Below are positions 60,801 to 64,000 of a stretch of 64,000 nucleotides of DNA, piece by piece. Below the pieces are notes generated by a model. That model had not been told where the DNA came from and did not search any database. It saw nothing but the letters and a program-made list of their open reading frames with translations. A program made the position numbers and the translations under genes. The stretch is from an uncultured virus (IMG/VR IMGVR_UViG_2600255157_000003) (lineage: Duplodnaviria > Heunggongvirae > Uroviricota > Caudoviricetes), in IMG/VR virus record IMGVR_UViG_2600255157_000003; one strand, given 5' to 3'. Positions within the stretch are counted from its first letter, which is position 1. Each line of letters starts with the position of its first letter.

Positions 60801-61838
60801 TCAATTACTAAATAATTCTTCTACATATTTATCCATATCATATCCCAATTTCACACAATTCCCATGGGATATATGATTTTTCCAAGCATTATAACTTTCA
60901 TAGAACTTTTCTTCACTTATCTTTCCATTCCTTACCAACCTGACCATTTTCTTAAATTTCTTTTTAGCTGCACGCTTGTTTTCGTTCTTCAGCTTACGGA
61001 TCACCTTGCCATCAGAAGTCACATATGTGTGAAATCCACAAAATTTAATTCCATTTTTAAATGGAATAATCTGTGTCTTACCATTCAATTCGAGTCCTAA
61101 TGTATACACAAATTTATAAATAGCACTTAAACACCACTTAGCATATTCCTTTCCCTGAACTATCAAATAGAAATCATCCATATACCTGCCATAATATTTA
61201 ACTCCGAGTTCCCCAGTGATGAAGTTATCTAAACCTGATAAATATGTAAGCGCATATACCTGGCTGACTTGATTACCAAGCGGAAGTCCTAATCCATCTG
61301 TGCTATCAATAAACTTTTCACATAGCCAATACACATCTTTATCTTCCACAAAATAACTTACAATATCTTTTAAAACATCATGATCTATATTGTAAAAAAA
61401 TTTACTGATATCTGCTTTTATAATCCAACAGTTATATCCATATTTACAATATGCCAGATACATATGCGCCTTTAAACAATCCAAACCATATAATGTACCT
61501 TTTCCTATTTGTCCTGCATAATTTGTCTGTATGAATTCTTTTTTCAGTATTGGAATTAAAACATTATCACATAAAGAATGCTGTACTATTTTATCTACAA
61601 ATGAACACGATTTAATAATTCTCTCTTTAGGTTCATATATTGTAAATTCATTATATTTTGATACATTATATGTCTTTGTCTCTAATCTTCTTTTTATTTG
61701 ATGAATTCCATCCAAAGCCATCACTTGAAATTTTTGACTACTTTTAGAAAATCCTTTACCTGATTTGGACTTTAAATATGCTTGATACAAATTACCGAAA
61801 TCTACTACTTTTTCAAAATCTGTTTTATCTTCTATCAT
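60801..61838 (-). CDS. DGR reverse transcriptase
   Basis: GKGT, KADISKFF, GLPLGNQVSQ, RYMDDF. Confidence 0.95.
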   Translation of the reverse strand: MIEDKTDFEKVVDFGNLYQAYLKSKSGKGFSKSSQKFQVMALDGIHQIKRRLETKTYNVSKYNEFTIYEPKERIIKSCSFVDKIVQHSLCDNVLIPILKKEFIQTNYAGQIGKGTLYGLDCLKAHMYLAYCKYGYNCWIIKADISKFFYNIDHDVLKDIVSYFVEDKDVYWLCEKFIDSTDGLGLPLGNQVSQVYALTYLSGLDNFITGELGVKYYGRYMDDFYLIVQGKEYAKWCLSAIYKFVYTLGLELNGKTQIIPFKNGIKFCGFHTYVTSDGKVIRKLKNENKRAAKKKFKKMVRLVRNGKISEEKFYESYNAWKNHISHGNCVKLGYDMDKYVEELFSN

Positions 61839-61958
61839 AATATTTTGTTCCTTTATATTTATCCTGACTTTTTTCTAATCAGGAAAGGTTGCCTATTCTT
61901 TTGATATCGGGACTCTAATTTCAGTGTTTCTCTTACTTTCTCTCGTCTTCCGATCCAG

Positions 61959-62037
61959 AACGGACGCACACCTTTGTCATAATCACACCTGTTGTAGTTC
62001 ACATTACCATCAGAGTAGACGTACTGAACATAGTGGG
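61959..62037 (-). repeat. DGR template repeat (TR), 79 bp
   Basis: Identical to 62552-62630 except at 10 positions, all adenines of the TR coding strand. Confidence 0.95.
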
Positions 62038-62059
62038 TCATACAATAGGCAACCTAAAA

Positions 62060-62428
62060 TTATCTTTCTTTATCTTTTGAACGCCAAGCAATACTCATAT
62101 ATTTCACATCATTTATTTGTTTCTGCCAATATCCTACTGTATCACTTCCTATTAAATTCAATTTCATAGAAAGTTCTACATAACAAGATAACTTATCACA
62201 ACATGAAATCGCTTTTGTTTGCAGTTCTTGACGTTCTGATTTTGAAGTATCCAATTTCAGTCTATTTGCATCAAGCAAATATTCATATATATCCATACAG
62301 CGATTTTGGATGCGTTTCACCAATGTTAAATGCTTAACTGGATACCTCTTTCGGTTTGATGTAATTGTCATAGTATATTCCATAAGATTTATTGCTTTTA
62401 CAATAACATCCAGTTTCGCTTCGCTCAC
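62060..62428 (-). CDS. avd: DGR accessory variability determinant
   Basis: 122-aa helical basic protein between target gene and TR. Confidence 0.85.
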   Translation of the reverse strand: MSEAKLDVIVKAINLMEYTMTITSNRKRYPVKHLTLVKRIQNRCMDIYEYLLDANRLKLDTSKSERQELQTKAISCCDKLSCYVELSMKLNLIGSDTVGYWQKQINDVKYMSIAWRSKDKER

Positions 62429-62468
62429 TGGCTACTCCGCTCCTTTCAGTCGCTCATAGGCTGTTGAC

Positions 62469-62490
62469 GGCAAGGGCTTACGCCCTCGCC
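62469..62490 (-). other. DGR cis-acting hairpin downstream of VR
   Basis: GGCGAGGGC-GTAA-GCCCTTGCC just after the target stop. Confidence 0.75.
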
Positions 62491-62493
62491 TAG

Positions 62494-63300
62494 TTACTGG
62501 CTATCCGTTACATTGTCGCAAGATCCAAAGATATCAGATTGGAGGATGAAAAACGGACGCACACCCCTGCCATAAACACACCTGCCGTAGCTCACATCAC
62601 CATCAGAGCAGACGTACTGAACATAGCGGGAATCTCCTCTCTTTGGTGTTTGATTAGGATTTGCAAGCCAATACAAGTCTTCAATCAATGGAATATTCTC
62701 CCCAAACTTCATAAGTAACTGAATATTTGGAATCGCTAAAATATCTCCTTCAACTGTGCCATAGTCCTTAAAACCATCCATAGATGTTAGATCCAGAGAA
62801 ATGGGAACCAATTTATCTCCAAATTCTTTCTTTAACTCTGCAGCTAACTCACTATTGACAAGATAATTGCGCACATAGGAATCTGCATAATTATTTGTCT
62901 TACCAAACTCTGATTTTTTAAGAATTCCATTCAGAAAATAATATGTAAGGTTCCCATCAGTAACACTTGTCCAATAATGTCCACAAATGAATTTGAAGTT
63001 CTTCTTCCAATCTTCCATATATTTTTCAACGGCATTTCTAAATTCCTGCACGTATCTCTCTGGATCTTTTTCATACCAGTCTGGTACAATATCTTGATCA
63101 ACCTTATATCTCCAGTCTTTTACATCACTCATTCTATCATTATTTTTCGGAATCAACTCAGCTCTCACAAATGTCTTTGTTGCATTCATATGAGTATCTG
63201 CAATTCCAAGGCTTTCTAACAAATCTGAATGACTTTCGTTACCTTTTGGTGTTAATACAACCTTGTTTTTTAAAATAATTCCACTCTTAAACTGACACAT
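62494..63300 (-). CDS. DGR target protein with C-terminal CLec-like variable domain
   Basis: YWL...GVRP ending; contains the VR. Confidence 0.9.
   Translation of the reverse strand: MCQFKSGIILKNKVVLTPKGNESHSDLLESLGIADTHMNATKTFVRAELIPKNNDRMSDVKDWRYKVDQDIVPDWYEKDPERYVQEFRNAVEKYMEDWKKNFKFICGHYWTSVTDGNLTYYFLNGILKKSEFGKTNNYADSYVRNYLVNSELAAELKKEFGDKLVPISLDLTSMDGFKDYGTVEGDILAIPNIQLLMKFGENIPLIEDLYWLANPNQTPKRGDSRYVQYVCSDGDVSYGRCVYGRGVRPFFILQSDIFGSCDNVTDSQ
62552..62630 (-). repeat. DGR variable region (VR)
   Basis: 9 A>G and 1 A>T relative to TR; 3' flank TTTTTCATC vs TTCTGGATC in TR (IMH/IMH*-like). Confidence 0.95.
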
Positions 63301-63360
63301 AATTTATCTCTCCTTTTCTTCTTTGTTAATGTATACTTCTCTTTTCTGTTCTTGAAAGTT

Positions 63361-63522
63361 TCATTTTATGTCTGGTTCTTCATCACTTATAATTCCAATG
63401 CTACGCATGTAATCTTCTTCTAACATTAAAATCGTTTCTATGATTTCCTTACTGGTATCACATCTTTCCGAAATAAAATTAATTGCGTCTTCAAAATCAT
63501 ATACTGGTGTATTGTTATCCAT
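63361..63522 (-). CDS. 53-aa acidic hypothetical protein
   Basis: GGAGGA RBS; MDNNTPVYDFEDAINFI... Confidence 0.55.
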   Translation of the reverse strand: MDNNTPVYDFEDAINFISERCDTSKEIIETILMLEEDYMRSIGIISDEEPDIK

Positions 63523-63693
63523 ATCATTTCCTCCAATTTCTAAACCTACAATTATTTTAATTTTGCTTATTGCAATTTAACAACCGACAAGTTACAATAT
63601 ATATTAATGGTATGCCACCTGTGACATGCTTTGCTAAAGTGAATACACCTCGAATAAAGCTCAATTATCAAGCTACAAAGGAGGTGATAAGAC

Positions 63694-63795
63694 ATGGGCA
63701 ATGTACCTATGGTGCGTGTCCGTGCTTACTGGCGGTTCCGTCTGAACAGATGGGAACACGTTCGTAAGCATCTGCGTCATTATCCTAACCGATAA
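63694..63795 (+). CDS. 33-aa Arg-rich peptide MGNVPMVRVRAYWRFRLNRWEHVRKHLRHYPNR
   Basis: TTGCAA-N17-TACAAT promoter (63570-98), AAGGAGGTG RBS. Confidence 0.7.
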   Translation: MGNVPMVRVRAYWRFRLNRWEHVRKHLRHYPNR

Positions 63796-64000
63796 TGGGC
63801 AGAGGTGGCTATACCAGAAATACCAAATAAAATCAAATTTTCATTGACAAAACATACTAATAAAGCATTTGTCCGCAACCACAATATCCTGGATATTTCA
63901 TCAAATTGTGACACTTTGGACAAAAATATTTTCCTTCAATTATTTCTCTTGAAATTGCGACTTGTTTTTCCAGAGCAATAATCGCTACAGAAATTGCTTG

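Larger units (their letters stand above)
2150..64000 (-). mobile_element. Large temperate prophage, replication/early arm; continues beyond the window
   Basis: Integrase next to tRNA, visible drop in GC, co-oriented phage-type replication and nucleotide-metabolism genes, many short acidic ORFs. Confidence 0.9.

Noticed and set aside
61859..62041. 60-aa ORF resembling the DGR target C-terminus
   Set aside because: It is the translation of the template repeat; no RBS seen.
5142..63219. Numerous + strand ORFs antisense to long - strand genes (e.g. 20582-21094, 22611-23234, 28096-28623)
   Set aside because: Shadow frames with no RBS, promoter or recognisable motifs.

Overview
Positions 1-~2150 are host chromosome of a probable Clostridia/Lachnospiraceae-like bacterium: carA, two small ORFs and tRNA-Gly(CCC). 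From ~2150 to the window end is one arm of a large, AT-rich temperate prophage, integrated at the tRNA with the tyrosine integrase next to it. Almost all phage genes lie on the - strand. They cover nucleotide metabolism (dut, nrdDG, thyX), NAD-dependent ligase, a replisome (DnaE, primase, DnaB-like helicase, SSB, Sak4-like ATPase), four DNA methyltransferases, a five-gene NAD+ cluster, a CCA-adding/nucleotidyltransferase cluster, a retron, a complete DGR, TnpB, an ISAzo13-family IS and a related MITE. No virion genes are in the window. Main observations: (1) a 16-bp TRAAW-N6-WTYYA element at more than 20 gene junctions, which brackets + strand inserts like cassette recombination sites; (2) one inverted pair of these sites with matching 6-bp cores flanks a 130-bp segment whose inversion would put a leader and in-frame start on the C5-methyltransferase; (3) a probable nicotinic-acid (deamidated) variant of phage NAD reconstitution; (4) a retron whose structured RNA contains a small membrane-peptide ORF; (5) a degenerate type II-like mini CRISPR array abutting the 5' end of tnpB; (6) recurring structured leaders, paralogous sRNAs and non-AUG starts. 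All calls come from reading motifs by eye; no database searches or folding programs were run.
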